A DNA stretch of 62,903 nucleotides, filler included, from Basidiobolus ranarum (lineage: Eukaryota): assembly GCA_040143965.1 (NCBI GenBank). It is 30 parts of 30 records of this genome, joined end to end, with 100 filler letters (N's around TTAATTAATTAA, not from the genome) between each part and the next. Parts side by side here need not be neighbours in the genome. Positions count along the whole stretch, not along the records: positions 1 to 2,007 come from JASJQH010010808.1; positions 2,108 to 4,114 come from JASJQH010010809.1; positions 4,215 to 6,220 come from JASJQH010010810.1; positions 6,321 to 8,325 come from JASJQH010010811.1; positions 8,426 to 10,430 come from JASJQH010010812.1; positions 10,531 to 12,535 come from JASJQH010010813.1; positions 12,636 to 14,639 come from JASJQH010010814.1; 23 more parts are not named here. One strand, given 5' to 3'. The notes under the pieces are model-generated. The model saw only the letters and a list, made by a program, of their open reading frames with translations. It did no database searches and had not been told where the DNA came from. Position numbers and translations under genes: made by a program. Shown here piece after piece: positions 1-13,055 of this stretch; the stretch's first letter is position 1, and each line of letters starts with the position of its first letter.

Positions 1-28
1 GATATATGAACATTTAGTTGAGTGGGAG

Positions 29-399
29 TGTTGAAGTTTATTATCTTCATTATATGTATTGCCTTTGTCTTTGTACACCCAACTATCTCATATATTACAC
101 TTGAGTTGGTTAACATTATTTCTTCTAATATCACTTATCTGCAAATCAGAACATATATTTTATATATGTGAATTATCTCAGAGTTAGCAATTTTATACTG
201 GAAATTTCAAACTTTAAAAATTGCCCCAAAGATAGCTCATTTTACTTTTACAGATGTTTGGAGCACAACACCAATACTAGTTTACTGTATTTTTACCAAA
301 ATATATAAATGCTTTATTTCTGGACAATAAATTATTATCTCAAGCTAAACACAACTCCATTTTTTTAAAGTGCCTCCAAACAGCCCATATTTTCCAATA
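29..399 (+). mobile_element. LTR family A copy (3' LTR, preceded by PPT GAGTGGGAG)
   Basis: Starts TGTTGAAGTTTATT and ends CCAATA; homologous to 10670-11045, 19325-19702, 35146-35521(-) and 39488-39853. Confidence 0.85.
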
Positions 400-1226
400 C
401 AAACCTGGTGGAGTTTGCTAATTTCCACCCAATTGTTACTCACATGTTGTTTCAACTCTTTACAAAGGGTATGCAATACTTACAATCCAAAATAAATTAG
501 CTTGTGATATTAATTAAAATCCATTTTAAACTATTATATATGCCACAAAGGATAGAAATTACCGGCAAAGCACAAAATCAATTTCCCTGCACTGCAATTT
601 CAGAAATGTTTCCACATGAAAACAACCTAGGTGATGGGTCGAGCGCATGACTTTCACCTCCATCTTTTTTCTGCTTGGCTTTTTGGTAGCCAACATAATC
701 TCTCTTGGTAATAACCCGTTATTCCCGAGACTATTATGAATTAACTGGTGACTACAAGCTAGAATATATTTATTGCAATCAAAACCAATACAATCATAGA
801 ATCATTATAATCTCAGCTATTCGTGTTACACGTGATACAAAATAGTGATTAATTTAGCAGACAATCCTTCTCCTTTTGTACCAGATTGATTGACAGTTGT
901 AAGCCGTATTTGGAAAAATACTGGTAGAATAATCCCATCTCATTACAGTTAAGCTTGGAGTAATCCTGATAGAATCAATGTGGTTGGAGTGGCTATAACT
1001 ATGTTTTGTGATTGAAGTGGTTGGAACTACATTCAGTGGTCCAAAGTAAATTGATATCCAAGATATGGGATTTGACAAAAGATGTTTATTGAATGATTTA
1101 TTTCAACTCCAGTGGTCTTGAATTCAACATTATGTAGCGTTGTAGTAATGCCCACTTGACAGAACTCTCTGCAGTTAACATAGATAAATACAATACGATC
1201 AGATATCTGTTGCAATATTTTCTTGC

Positions 1227-2007
1227 CTACATCCATAAGGCACCGCCACCATCAATGGTAATGGTGGAGCCATTAATATAAGCAGATGCTTTCGAACACA
1301 GGAATAATGCTAAGCCACCCATATCTGTTTCATTCCCGGCACGCCCTATAGGGTATCTTGGATGAGCAATTTAAAGCACTTTGTGATGAAGTAATTAATG
1401 AAGGTTCTACCTTGTGGAATTGTTTTTAAAAATTCTGGGTTCTCAATGAAATCTTGACTCATTTCACTGTTCATAGAATTAGAATTAGAACGCCATCACA
1501 CACAAGTGTATAGGAATCACAAACCTTGGGAAGAGTCCGGGAGCAATGCATACCACATTGATTTTCCTACCAGCTAAGTGTGAAGACAATATAGAAGATA
1601 AATGGAGCACAGCAGCTTTTGAACTTTGGTAGGAGTACGCCTTAAAGTCAGGGCTATGAACAACCCCTAAGATATTGATTGGGTTAGGCTCTTTCTATAT
1701 GTGACTTAAACAAAGTGATAGAACCTGCAATCGATCCAATATTTATAACTCTTGCTGGGTCGGTACTCTGTCGTTTTGATGCTTCTAGCAATGGCAGACA
1801 ACTGAATTCAAATGCAAAGATCAGCAAGACTCCAACATGAAATACTCTCAATATACACTCAATACTCACGCGACAGTTAACTGAAACACGGAAGTGACGT
1901 TGAGCCTATATTCTTGATCCCAATGCTGATCAGGAAACTGTTCAAGTGGTGCTTCGTGGGCCACTCCAGAGTTATTGATTAAAAAATCTAGATGTTGTTC
2001 TTGCTCA
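1227..2007 (-). CDS. Short-chain dehydrogenase/reductase, 5'-truncated, 4 visible introns
   Basis: Exons about 2007-1870, 1801-1725, 1666-1525, 1466-1411 and 1345-1227 with GT-AG introns give LDFLINNSG, RVINIGSIAG, catalytic YQSSK, CIAPGLFP and ASAYINGSTITIDGG, then a stop. Confidence 0.9.
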
Positions 2008-2107
2008 NNNNNNNNNNNNNNNNNNNNNNNNNNNNNNNNNNNNNNNNNNNNTTAATTAATTAANNNNNNNNNNNNNNNNNNNNNNNNNNNNNNNNNNNNN
2101 NNNNNNN
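2008..2107. other. Artificial contig spacer (first of 29): N44-TTAATTAATTAA-N44
   Basis: Identical 100-bp block recurs about every 2.1 kb; TTAATTAATTAA gives stops in all six frames; contig sizes fall monotonically from 2007 to 1994 bp. Confidence 0.98.
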
Positions 2108-2700
2108 CAGTCTATATACATCCTGGACATCATAAATGCTTCAACATGGAGAATATCCAGCCTGTATTCACACCAATGGATCCCAATGTGTAATGAATCA
2201 AAATTTCAGCCAATTTGGCCCAAAATGACTCAAATCACAGTCAGGGGTTGCCTCATCAATCCATGATGGGTAGCGTAATCTATACAATGGCTGGAACACA
2301 TCAAGTCATTGTTAAGGTAGTGGGACCTGTCAGTCAATATCTCAAAAAATCCAGGATTGGAGCACAAAACATCAGTAAAACAAATATTCAGGTATTTGAG
2401 AGGAACTGTAGATCTAGTTCTCAAATACCCCGCCTCTGCTGATGCACAAATTTTTAAGGCTACAGTTATGTTGATTGGGGAGAAAACCTTGACAATAGAA
2501 GATCAACAACAGGGTACAATTTTCTCTATGGTAATGGAGCCATAACCTGGAATAGTAAAAAGCAACCAACTGTAGCACTTTCCACTACAGAAGCAGAGTA
2601 TATGGCTGCCTCCGCTACTACACAAGAAGCTATGTGGTTAAAGAAGTTACTTACAGACTTAGGATACATGCAAAAGCATGTTATTACCAGCAACTCAAAC
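2108..2700 (+). pseudogene. Ty1/copia RT end and RNase H, degenerate
   Basis: Frameshifted [39 protein letters not shown]. Confidence 0.9.
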
Positions 2701-2777
2701 TTTAGCTAAAGCACAATTTGAATTATCAAGATATAAATGAAACTGAAGAGAAATACAAAATAATAGCTGAGTGGGAA

Positions 2778-3128
2778 TGTTGAAATTAGGTAAATAACAA
2801 CTCATTTTTTAGTAGTTAGTGTATCTATATTCTAATTATTTAGCACTCAATTCTGCCATTCAAAATGTGCACTTATTTCTCTAATTGATTGAAATATCAG
2901 TTAGATCACTTTTGCCAATTTTCACCATTTTCTCAAAACTTCTTTAAATCACTTGAAATTTTCACCCATGCTTAACAGGCATTTTTGTTTCCATCTATGA
3001 GTGTCCAATAAATCTATTTCATAGGAAACTATGAATAGGACATATTCAATTCAATCAAACTTATGTGTCTAATTGGCAAATCCAAATCTTGCCCAAAACA
3101 CTTCCAAATTCACCAAACATGTTTAACA
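2778..3128 (+). mobile_element. LTR family C copy
   Basis: PPT AGCTGAGTGGGAA directly upstream; TGTTGAAATTAGG...TTTAACA; inverted homolog at 3748-4088. Confidence 0.85.
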
Positions 3129-3141
3129 GGTTATGAGTCCC
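3129..3141 (+). other. Primer-binding site (tRNA-iMet half-molecule type), one mismatch
   Basis: GGTTATGAGTCCC abuts the LTR end; a gag-like start MSTSTITKVFASPE follows at about 3160. Confidence 0.65.
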
Positions 3142-3289
3142 AAGCTAGCTGCTACAGGAATGTCTACAAGTACCATTACCAAGGTTTTTGCATCCCCAGA
3201 GTTGTTAGTTGAGAGAAGACTTTAACCTTTGGAAATTCAAGATGCAAATGATGCTAGAAGACAAGGACCTAAACACTGCTTACTCAGTT

Positions 3290-3740
3290 ATATAATAGAA
3301 AATTCAATATGAATGGACCATTTGAGATAGGATTAAAGTCTGAATTGATTGGGAAGATGCTTGAAAAAATAAATTCACCATCACATTTTACCAGGACTCC
3401 CATCAATATCCACTCAGCTAGGTGCTTATTGTAATGCAAAGACTTGAAGTTTTAGATTTGTGTATTCAGGTGAAGTAATGAAAAGATTTCCCCCTGATAC
3501 ATATTGCAACATTGGGAGTTTTATGTGGATATTGTTAGTATATTCTTACAGCATCAACTCACATTGACAGATCTCAGGCACATACAGTGACTGTGCAAAG
3601 AATTTGTAGTTGGATAAAAGAAGCTTTATTACAGGTGTACAGAAGATAGTCTGAATCTATGTTAATGTGAGTAAATATGTATCAGCAAAATCTGTGATGG
3701 ATGTAATGCTATGGGTTAAGGAGACTCCAAATTATATTAG
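3290..3740 (+). pseudogene. Fragment of CACTA/Tnp2-like transposase
   Basis: Homologous to the reverse complement of about 50740-51310 (GKMLE..FTRTPINIHS; AKSVMDVM.WVKET). Confidence 0.75.
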
Positions 3741-3747
3741 ATAAAAG

Positions 3748-4088
3748 TGTTTAAGGGATATGGAAGTGTTTTGCACAAGATTTGGATTTGTGAATTAGAC
3801 ACTTATGTTTTATTGAATTGAATATGTCCTGTTTATAGTTTACAATGAAAAGGACTATTGGATGTGCTTAGATCATAACAAAAATGCCTGTTAAGCATGG
3901 GTGAAAATTTGAGGTGATTTGGAAAAGTTTTGAGAAAATAGTGAAAATTGGTAAAAGTGATCTATTGATAATTCTATCAATTAGAGTAATAAACACATGT
4001 TTTTGAATAACAGAATTGAGTGCTAAATAATCAGAATATGAATAAACTAACTACTACATAATGAGTTGCTATTTACCTAATTTCAACA
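3748..4088 (-). mobile_element. LTR family C copy, inverted, with PPT at 4089-4100
   Basis: Reverse-complement match to 2778-3128; PPT TTGAGTGGGAT on the minus strand. Confidence 0.85.
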
Positions 4089-6320
4089 ATCCCACTCAAC
4101 TAATTATTTTATACNNNNNNNNNNNNNNNNNNNNNNNNNNNNNNNNNNNNNNNNNNNNTTAATTAATTAANNNNNNNNNNNNNNNNNNNNNNNNNNNNNN
4201 NNNNNNNNNNNNNNAAGAGTAAATTGAGTGTGAAATGCATGTTTGTACAATATGTTGGATGATATTGAAGGGTACATATATACTTAGCAAGTACGCTATA
4301 ATAGAGTTTGATCATTAAGTCGTCAGCGTCCGTATATATAAATCAAACTTTGAGCACTGTCGCGTTAACATGAACATATAGCAGAGCACTCACAAAAAAC
4401 CTAAATGGGAATAATAATAAAGCTTCGATCTAAATATGCATCACGCTGATAGTTCCGTATGGTCAAGAAGTTACTTTTGAGAGCAATCACCATTGATAGC
4501 TATAGAGGTTGATTTTGAATTTATATTTACATTTTCGACATAAAACAACTGAATGACTATCAACCACCATACAGCGAGGTTAGATGCTAATAATGTCAAG
4601 AGTAGTTCTCTTGGCTTATTCCTTTGTGACTATACATATTCATTCGCAATCAAGTTAGTAATATTTAATTTGGTAGTTGTTTATTGGAATGTGCTTCCCG
4701 ATACATAAAAAGGAAATTTTGCTAATAAAATCTGATAGAGATTAATACTTTCCATGCAACATCTACGACCCAGTTTAATAGAAATTCTGGATAATCTCAA
4801 GTTTTTCTAATTCCAACACGTCAATGGCCTAAATTCCCTGAGCAAATGTTATAAACAGACAATCCAAATCCAGAACTAATCGGAGCAAAGACATCCAACA
4901 AGCATCGGTTATTCAGACCAAGTGATAGATATTTACTCACGCATTGTGTTCTACTTTGAATGAAGAGTTACTTTTAATTCAAATTGGCAATCCTGTATAT
5001 TATGGGATGATATATGAAACAAATTCAATGATCTCTTCAAACTTTGGTGCAGATCCCCATGGTAATTTAGATAAAACCTGAGTAAATACTAGTATCTTTT
5101 TAGAAATTAGAGATAATACAACCAAGCCAAATACGTATTACCGTCCCGAAACCCGGGAAGCTACCACCTCGACTAGTAACTCTTGATCGACATTATGCAT
5201 TTCATCGTACTTATCGAGGTCGTTAAAGTATACGTCGACTTGCATTGTAAATGATAAACGATTGGTTCAGATATTACGTTAATTATGCACTAATTTCACC
5301 GTTACTATAAAGGCGAAATGACGGTAGTATAGTCAGTTATTTTCATTGACCACACATCTAGGAATTCTTAGTATTATTTGGAAATATTTGGCTCAAGCAA
5401 GTAATTCATAATAGAACCTTTCCATTAATTATTTTATTCGCGCCATATGCTATCCATCTTAGTTCAAGCACACGCTATCACTCCTCGTCAGTTGTTTCCT
5501 TAAGAGGTGGGTTCTATGTAGCTTTCTCCCACTTTTTATCTCTTTTCCGCTGCCATATCTGTGTTGTGGACTGCCTGTCTTAAATCCGGTAGTATTTCCT
5601 TAGTGTTCCATTGTGGGCTTTCGTAGATGGTAACTTAATGTTAACCTGGGCATCTTTGTATGACTGACCATAGAACTACGAACTTATCATAAATACTGGC
5701 CCTTCCAAGTAGCAACTATGTTAAGGTTGAAAGAAACTGAAGTAAGCAAAAGTATACTCTCATTATGAATTTCTGGATGTTAAAATTGGATTTACATTAT
5801 CACTAAAAGTGCCAGCACCTTTACTCAGATCAAGTAATAGATATTGCTCGAATTCATAAGAATTCCATGTCTGAACTTTTCAATACACCTCAAATTCTTG
5901 CAATTAATGTCAATGATTAAGCTATATGTGGTCATTTGTGGCTAAAGATACAATTCTACTTGTTCAGCAAATAATCTCATTCAAATTCCAACTTGGCCAT
6001 ATCTCACTAACTAATAAACCATATATCGCCGCCAATGCAATATGTACGAGCATAAATCAAAATCTCTTGGAACTAGCGTTTTAAGCACTTTATTGATCTC
6101 TCTTGATCATGATTTTCTATGAAAAGTGGTGGAACAATAATTACCTCTATACCTGATTCATAGCTTAGACCTCTGCAATTTGTGAAGACGGCTTCGGGCT
6201 ATGGCAATGATATACTCCAGNNNNNNNNNNNNNNNNNNNNNNNNNNNNNNNNNNNNNNNNNNNNTTAATTAATTAANNNNNNNNNNNNNNNNNNNNNNNN
6301 NNNNNNNNNNNNNNNNNNNN

Positions 6321-6485
6321 GCAACTATTTTGCAAGATCTTGCAATTTCACTCCTGAAACTGAAAAAATTGATTAAAATCAAATCTAACCTGACGATTTT
6401 ATGACGGTAAGTAAACGGTCAATCCCAAATGGATTAAAATTGTGACGGTTTTCCTACGATAACAATCCTCAAATTTCTGTTAGGG
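6321..6485 (-). mobile_element. CACTA-like family left terminus (CCCTAACAGAAAT)
   Basis: Matches 20585-, 38952-, 10385- and 52990-53151; retains GACGG subterminal motifs. Confidence 0.8.
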
Positions 6486-6499
6486 CTTCTTTTCACCAG

Positions 6500-8325
6500 T
6501 AATAACATTTTTCATATCAGATTATAGAATCTTCACACAGTTGCTGCATATGCCTGACATTAGCCAATGAGAGTCAATGCTGTAAGAATATATTAGTAAT
6601 GTCCACAAACTACTCCCAATGTTTCTGATACTAATCAGGCAGAAATCTTTTCAAAATTCATTGAAATGTTATTGAATAGCAAGTGCATAGTGCCTAATGG
6701 GATGCTCTGCCTCCAGCTGATCCCATTTAGCAATATATTCTTAGAATTATGGCTAATCCCAAGTTTGATGTTAGACTGACTATTTGATGAATTAATATCA
6801 GTGAGCATATTAAAATCTTACCAGGCTCTTGATGGTAAAATCATGGAGTTTAGTGTTATATTTTAGTTGTAGCAATGCCTATGCCTGATAGAGGAAACCC
6901 CATTAATTTGACAAAATCTTCAGCAAGATAGCCCATTGTGCTCATGAAAGCCATCAAGTTTACCGATGGCAGGAGTGTCACTAATACATACAATGATATC
7001 AGCTTGAATAAAATATTCACCCATGAGAACTCCATTAAATAACCATTCAAATTCTGCAATCACAGGCTCCAAGAAGCTATCTATAAGCACAAGTGATTTA
7101 AGTCAAGATATGGTGGATTGTATCCATATATTACAACTCTTATACTAATCAGAAGGAGGAAGATTCAAGTTAAAATTATTAGCTAGCAAGCCTTTTCACA
7201 CAATATTTTTTAATAAGAAACCATCCAGAGCCAATGCAAATTCATGAACCTACATGTTTTTAAAGAAACCTTGATTTTTCAAATTCAGGTAGTGATATCC
7301 ATCAAGAATATTGAAAATACCATCAACTTGACAGTGAATACTTGGGTATTGGATCAATGATCTATACTTGTGTGATTTCATCAAAACTTTAAGAGGGGAA
7401 ATTAACGGTATGTAAGCCAAATATAAGCAATATTGACCTGACTCAGTGTTTGCCAATTGTGTGCAAACAGTTGATGACATCAGTTTTTTCAGCTCTCTGA
7501 TGAAAGCCAAATACCATTTGGACATGAAGATACTTTAATTCCTGAGTGATTATAAGTCACTCAATTTACAAGTGTTTTCAACTTGTACCAGGTCTGTGGC
7601 AAGCAACAGTGACCAATCTACTGAGGTAAAAGTGTAAGAAAACCACTAAGTACCTGGTTGCTAAGATTGGATTGAACTCTGCACTCTGATTCACTACCAG
7701 CAGTAGTGGAATAAACAATATCAGCATCCAGCAACATATCTTCAAAGTTGTCTGGATTTACAGGTTTGACCAAAGTTGCATTTCTATACACATCATTCTG
7801 TTCATATAACTGTAGTTACTCCACCTTATCTTGACCTTGAGCAGTGTTACCAAAGCTTTGAAGCAAAGCGCAGCCAGTGGACTTAGTGAGCAAAACTTAA
7901 GTTGATTTTGTGCACTTATTACTGTTGATATTCACCAGGCTTTGTGCAGCTGGTGGTGATGTACAGTGACCATGCTTGTGATTTCATTTTCTATGAAGCC
8001 TCCCACTTTCATAGCACAAGAATTTGTGACAATAATAGCAGGGCTTCTTTCAACATTTGTGTTGAGATATAAGAAGGATGTTGTAGAAAAAAGAACAACT
8101 TCTACATGAGGGTGGTATTCTAGGTATACCCCATCAAGATCATTAGCTGATTCTGAGACATTGTCACTGATGAGTCATTAGGGGATTTACAAGATATTTC
8201 TGGTAATTGATGGTGCTTTTGGTTTATTATAAGCTGTTTCTAAGGAATTTCATTATACCAATGTTACCATCCGAAAATTTCAATGCCAATCATACAGCAT
8301 TAACATTCTAAATTAAAATTGGCTT
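6500..8325 (-). pseudogene. CACTA/Tnp2-like transposase, degenerate, plus start of the divergent ORF
   Basis: Colinear with 59440-60809 and 51000-52432 (YIPLI, DGYHYLNLKNQGFF, LALDG); many stops. Confidence 0.85.
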
Positions 8326-8425
8326 NNNNNNNNNNNNNNNNNNNNNNNNNNNNNNNNNNNNNNNNNNNNTTAATTAATTAANNNNNNNNNNNNNNNNNNN
8401 NNNNNNNNNNNNNNNNNNNNNNNNN

Positions 8426-10384
8426 GACAACCGGTTGTTTGAACGACAACAACAAAGAAATATGGCTCCTTTCTACTCTCCCTCCTCCCCTACTTTCAGT
8501 TCTACCCTCCATCAAACACAAAATACAGCTCAAGCAGATGACCCAATGCAAATTGAAGGAACTAAATTCAGAAAGCTTAGCTGTGAGGAGAAATATTGAC
8601 ACCAACAAGAGAATCTATGCCTCTATTGTGGAGCTCCTGTACTGGTAGACAGAACCTGTTTAAAAAAGAATCCTGGATTAAATATCAACAATATGCAGTA
8701 GGAGCAAACACTTCCCAACCATTGAAAAACTTCAACACCCAGCTGCAGTAAAGGCCATGCAGTTGGGCCAACTATCTTCAAAAATGCTTCTTCACCATAC
8801 ATTGCAATCTCTGCAGTCATACCAGTCATTAAAGCTGTCCATTACACTCCCACTGTCCAATTACAAGTCAATAAGAACAACTGCACTTCTTGATTCAGGT
8901 GCTTCCTACTGTTTTATTGACTCTGTCTTTGTCAAATTTCACTCTATCCCAACAATCAAGAAATCTAGTCCCATCCTTGTAGAAGTAATTGATGGAAGGC
9001 TACTATCATCTGGTGCTGTAATATATGAGACAACAACTATGACACTCATATCCACTGCCCATCAAGAAGAAATAGCCTTTAATATCATTTGCTCACCTCA
9101 CCATCCTGTCATCCTTGGTATCTCATGGCTTATGAAGCACAACCCAGTAGTCAACTAGACCAAGAAGAATATCATGTTCAAGCAAACTCCACTGCCTAGT
9201 ACACATTTGCCAACATGCAAAGTATCCACCCATCATAAGCTCAAATTCTCAAAACATCTGTCAAGCCAATATCCATTGCCAGTGTTGCTGAAGAGCTGAA
9301 ACCAACAAGACCTACATTTCCTAAACTCACATCCAAATACTTAGCCTTTGCTGACACCTTTGACAAGAAAAACTCTGCAATACTCCCAGCTCACCATCAT
9401 AATGATTGCCCTATATATTTATAAGAAGGAAACCAACCACCATTTGAGCCTATCAATGGGCTGACCCAGCCAGAGCTCAACATTCTAAAATAGTATAGTG
9501 CAGAAAATCTGAAGAAAGGATTTATCCAATATTCAAAGTCTCCAGCAGACTCTCCAATCATACTTGCTAAAAAAAAAGAACAGATCCCTCTATCTCTGTG
9601 TTGATTATCCAGGCCTATACAGCATTACAGTCAAAAATCAGTACCCCTTGCCATTAATCAAGTCTTTCATGGATCAGCTTGCTGCAGCCAAGGTATTTAC
9701 CAAGAATGATTTAAGAGGTGCTGACAATCATGTAAGAATCAAACCAGGAAACTAATGGACAACTGCCTTTCAAACTTGCTATGACACTTTGAATACAATG
9801 TCATGCCATTTGAACTTACCAATGCCCCTGCAGTCTTCCAACACATGATGAATGATATCTTCAGGGAGTATCTTGACCAGTCTGTGGCAATCTACTTTGA
9901 TGATATCTTCATCTTCTCAAACTCTCGAGAAGAATATAATGTCCATGTTTCCCAAGTCCTGGAAAATTCAAAAACCTCTGGTCTCTATGATGAACTTGAG
10001 AAATGACAATTTGACCAAGCTCAAGTTGAATTCCTTGGATATAACATCAGCCCATCAGGCATCTTCAAGGACCCTAAAAAGATTAAATCTGTTCCATCTT
10101 GGGATACCCACAACAATGTGAAGGATATCCAATCTTTCCTTGGATTTGCAAATTTTTACTAATGGTTTGTCAAGAACTACTCCAAAATATCAGCCCGTTA
10201 ACTAACTGTAACAAGAAAGAACACCTATTTGATTGAATCATATCTTGCTAAGAAGCATTTGTAACTTTAAAAAATGCTTCTACCTCACCACCAATCCTAG
10301 TATGCCCCAAACTAGACAAACAATTCATTGTTGAAACTGGTGCATCTGACTTTGCTCTAGGAGCAGTACTACCTCAGTTTGGTG
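8426..10384 (+). pseudogene. Ty3/gypsy gag end-protease-RT-RNase H, degenerate
   Basis: DDPMQI and CLYCG knuckle; protease ALLDSGAS; RT LCVDY, MPFELTNAPAVFQ, YFDD; RNase H ET.ASDFALGAVL. Confidence 0.92.
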
Positions 10385-10430
10385 CCCTAAGAGAAATTTG
10401 AGGCTTGTTATTGTAAGAAATCATCACATT
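10385..10430 (+). mobile_element. CACTA-like left terminus inserted in gypsy RNase H
   Basis: CCCTAAGAGAAATTTGAGG matches the family left end. Confidence 0.7.
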
Positions 10431-10530
10431 NNNNNNNNNNNNNNNNNNNNNNNNNNNNNNNNNNNNNNNNNNNNTTAATTAATTAANNNNNNNNNNNNNN
10501 NNNNNNNNNNNNNNNNNNNNNNNNNNNNNN

Positions 10531-11623
10531 TGTGAGAGTAGTAATCAGGCAGAGATCTCATCCAATTGGATCTCCTAAGATGGGAAATTGGCACTACAAC
10601 TTCTGGTACCAACTTAGGCAATGAAACCATCTCAAGCTTGGTTGAGGAGACTGCAGGTGAAGAGTTTTCTGTTCAAGTTTATTGTCTTTATCACATTTGT
10701 TATCTCTATCTTTATACCCCTAACTATCTCATATATCACACATAAGTTAGTTAACATTACTTAGTCAAATATCTCTTAACTGCAAGTCTGAACATATATT
10801 ATATATATGTGAATAACGTGAGAATTAGCAATTCCATATTGTAAATTTTGAACTTGTCCCAATTGCCCCAAAGATAGTTCATTTTACTCCTACAGATGTT
10901 CTGAACATAACCCCAGTGTTAGTTTTCTGTATTTCCACCAAAATGTATAAATGCTTTATTTCTGGATAATAAATACTTATCTTACAAAGCTCTTCACAAC
11001 CCCGCTTTTCTAAAGTTCCTCCAAACAGCCCATATTTTCTCAATATTTTCAATGTTTTTTTCACTGATCAGGATCTGATGAGAGAAAGAAGAATTTTAAT
11101 CAATTTTAGATTGCTTTTCTTGATCCTGGATTGTTTTGATTGAAAAATTATCTTCTTCAGCAATTCCATGTCCCTTGACTTGATTAGCCTCTTATTTTCA
11201 GTGTCATATAGTCAGTACCCTTTTGTTCCATCACAATATCCAAAAAAAGACATTTCTGGCTTTTTTGGTGTAAATTTGATCTCTTCTGGTCTGGAATCAT
11301 TGCATATGCAGAACTTCCAAAAACTCTGAGATTAGCCACAGCAGGTTTACTTTCAAACCAGGCTTGATATGGTGTCATAGCTGCTAGAGACCCTGAAGGA
11401 CTTCTATTCCTAATATATACTGCAGTTGCAACCAATTCAGCCCAGAATGTTTTAGCAAATCTTGATTGTGAAGAATTGATCTTGACTTTTCCATTATTGA
11501 TCTGTTTGCATGTTCTGCTTCTCCATTATGCTGTGGTGAATATGACACTGTAGTCTGCTGTTTTATCCCATGAGTTGAGCAGATGTTAGAGAAGAGTTTT
11601 GAGGTATATTCCCCTCTATTATC
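10531..11623 (-). pseudogene. Ty1/copia integrase and linker, degenerate
   Basis: DNRGEYTS, YSPQHNGEAEHANR, TAVYIRNRSP, LRVFGS; uninterrupted homolog at 34190-34420. Confidence 0.9.
10670..11045 (+). mobile_element. Solo LTR family A with 5-bp TSD TTTTC
   Basis: TTTTC at 10665-10669 and 11046-11050; the empty site is seen in the homolog near 34285-34300. Confidence 0.9.
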
Positions 11624-12535
11624 CCCTAACAAAAATAAAATCAATTTGATCCAGATTGGACACACCATCTGAAATAGCAAAATCATCCAAGAACCAGCAC
11701 AATATTGGTGGCTTGCATAATGCCAGGTATTTTGATGGTATTTTGCTGGTATTCACACATGTTAAAATAGCGATCCTCAAATTTGGCATGTATTATTCAA
11801 TATCTGGCAATTTTTGCAAAAATATAATTTTTGAATGGCAAATCACAAGGTTTACTGCTGTAGGAATTTGAATTAATATGCATGCCTTAATTGAGATATT
11901 TTAGGCTTTGTATTGCATCCCCAATGAGAATCAAAAAATACAAGAATCTTGTTGTGTTTAGTGTCTCCATATGCATGTATTTGACTGATTAGACACAACT
12001 CAACAACATCAATATGCTTTACCAGCAAACTGATGGAGAAAAATTGCTAAACATCTGAAATTTTGAATAACAATGACACTTGGCAAAGAGCTGACTCTTG
12101 TACCATTCACAATGAGAATAAGCTCTTGGATTTTGGCAGATTTTCATAAGGAATTCAGCCAATATATCCCCAACTAGCTGTAAACAAATGTCCTGCCACA
12201 AGTAGATGTGTCATTGCCTGAATAAATTACCCCATGACTAAAACAATAATACTGCATATCTGATCTACCTCACGAAGAAGTCTGTCTTGCAGCTTTCCTT
12301 AAAATACCATCAGATTATCACACAAGCAAATTAGTCCAATTATAGCGGTACTTACTCTGTGTCCATAGATTGGGCTTTGTTGCTGTTATTGTGCTCAAAC
12401 AATTCAAAATCCCATTAGCACATTGAAAAGAGCCCTTTGTTGGCAGATTAATATACTCTGGAGTCTCCTTAACCCATTGCATTACATCCATTACTGATTT
12501 TGCTGATACATTGTTAATCAGAGTAGCATACAATA
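11624..12535 (-). mobile_element. CACTA-like family right arm and terminus
   Basis: CCCTAACAAAAATAAAATC at 11624; 12160-12535 matches 50438-50815, the downstream end of the transposase. Confidence 0.85.
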
Positions 12536-13055
12536 NNNNNNNNNNNNNNNNNNNNNNNNNNNNNNNNNNNNNNNNNNNNTTAATTAATTAANNNNNNNNN
12601 NNNNNNNNNNNNNNNNNNNNNNNNNNNNNNNNNNNCTTCGCTTCCGGTTTTACATGGATAAAGCATCCAATACTGTGGCTCCAAATAACGGAGATCAATT
12701 GATACATATTTAGCAATAGTTGATGCCATTCCGGATGTTATATTTTGCACCATAAATGGAAAAATAATGATGGCGAAGAATTAAGCTGCAGCGACGTGGC
12801 TAATGCGTAAGCTAAATCACGTAAGCTAAATTGATACAACCCCTTCCAACATTAAGCCACATTCAATATCTTGCCATGCAAATCATACATTCTAACATAA
12901 AGCGATACGAAATAAATTCCAAAGCTGCGGTTTGCCTCAATAGATTCATGCACTCGTCCTTGATCATATACATTATAAAACAACTTTTCTTTATTAACAA
13001 TAACAAGCAAATTAACTCGTAACAACAGCTAGATTTAACTGAATTCGCCTCTACT

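Noticed and set aside
854-1236. ORFs of 74 and 67 aa downstream of the SDR
   Set aside because: No motifs; probably 3' UTR or intergenic chance ORFs.
4951-5245. Two-exon minus-strand ORF (MQVDVYFNDLDKY...; intron 5078-5141)
   Set aside because: Plausible splice sites, but an early stop and no recognisable homology; too weak to call.
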